DNA of 64,000 nucleotides from Escherichia coli O127:H6 str. E2348/69 (GTDB lineage Bacteria; Pseudomonadota; Gammaproteobacteria; Enterobacterales; Enterobacteriaceae): NCBI RefSeq assembly GCF_000026545.1, contig NC_011601.1; one strand, 5' to 3'. Shown piece by piece: positions 63,881 to 64,000 of this stretch (position 1 is its first letter; each line of letters starts with the position of its first letter). The notes under the pieces were generated by a model. It saw only the letters and a program-made list of their open reading frames with translations, ran no database searches and was not told where the DNA came from. The position numbers and the translations under genes were made by a program.

Positions 63881-64000
63881 GCAACGATATCGCAATCACA
63901 TCACAGCCAGGCGCTACCGTAGGGACAGCGGCTGCAATATTCAGTCCTGAGGGTATGGACCGCCTGGTACGTTTCGCAACCCTGATGGCAGACAGTAAAG
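63877..64000 (+). CDS. Putative recombination protein, N-terminal fragment
   Basis: ATG overlaps the upstream stop (ATGA); ORF open to the window edge. Confidence 0.4.
   Translation, partial: MSNDIAITSQPGATVGTAAAIFSPEGMDRLVRFATLMADSK

Larger units (their letters stand above)
28250..64000. mobile_element. Prophage, partial (continues past the right edge); lambdoid regulation, podovirus-like virion genes
   Basis: Contiguous phage modules; left junction sits directly after a guaA 3'-end remnant at 28235-28249. Confidence 0.85.

Noticed and set aside
63877-64000. Assigning the partial last ORF to a specific recombinase family (RecT, Redbeta or Erf)
   Set aside because: Only about 40 residues are in the window and they do not match sequences I can recall; left as putative.

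Overview
The window has two parts. Positions 1-28212 are conserved Escherichia coli chromosome in the K-12 gene order: acrD (3' part), ypfM, yffB, dapE, ypfN, ypfH, tmcA, ypfJ, purC, bamC, dapA, gcvR, bcp, perM, bepA, yfgD, hda, uraA, upp, purMN, ppk-ppx, pdeF(yfgF), yfgG, yfgH, yfgI, with REP/BIME repeats, intrinsic terminators and two PurR boxes. From about 28250 to the right edge is a prophage of at least 35.7 kb, inserted where K-12 has yfgI next to guaA; the left junction still carries the reverse complement of the last guaA codons. The prophage runs, right to left on the minus strand: cro-like gene, lambda O-like initiator with in-gene iterons, lambda P-like loader, small early genes, small and large terminase, portal, scaffold, capsid, T7-like tail and internal virion proteins, tailspike, and a lysis cassette. 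On the plus strand at the right are a repressor without a LexA-type cleavage domain and a recombination operon; the integrase and right junction are outside the window. The most interesting signals are: (1) a 17-bp palindrome ATTACC-N5-GGTAAT at 11 or more sites, forming OR and OL but also sitting in front of the terminase, head and tailspike operons; (2) a second palindrome GTGACAYGTCAC found three times, each time just 5' of an intrinsic terminator; (3) an island between terminase and portal with an ORF-poor, hairpin-rich stretch ending in a non-canonical tRNA-like element, followed by a Cys-rich ORF bracketed by terminators; (4) an AT-rich cargo pair (exported 335-aa protein plus acyltransferase-3 membrane protein) between lysis genes and tailspike; (5) a small plus-strand gene in front of the tailspike carrying both the phage operator and a LexA-box-like dyad, a candidate antirepressor. 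All identifications are by reading the sequence and recalled protein families; no database search was run.
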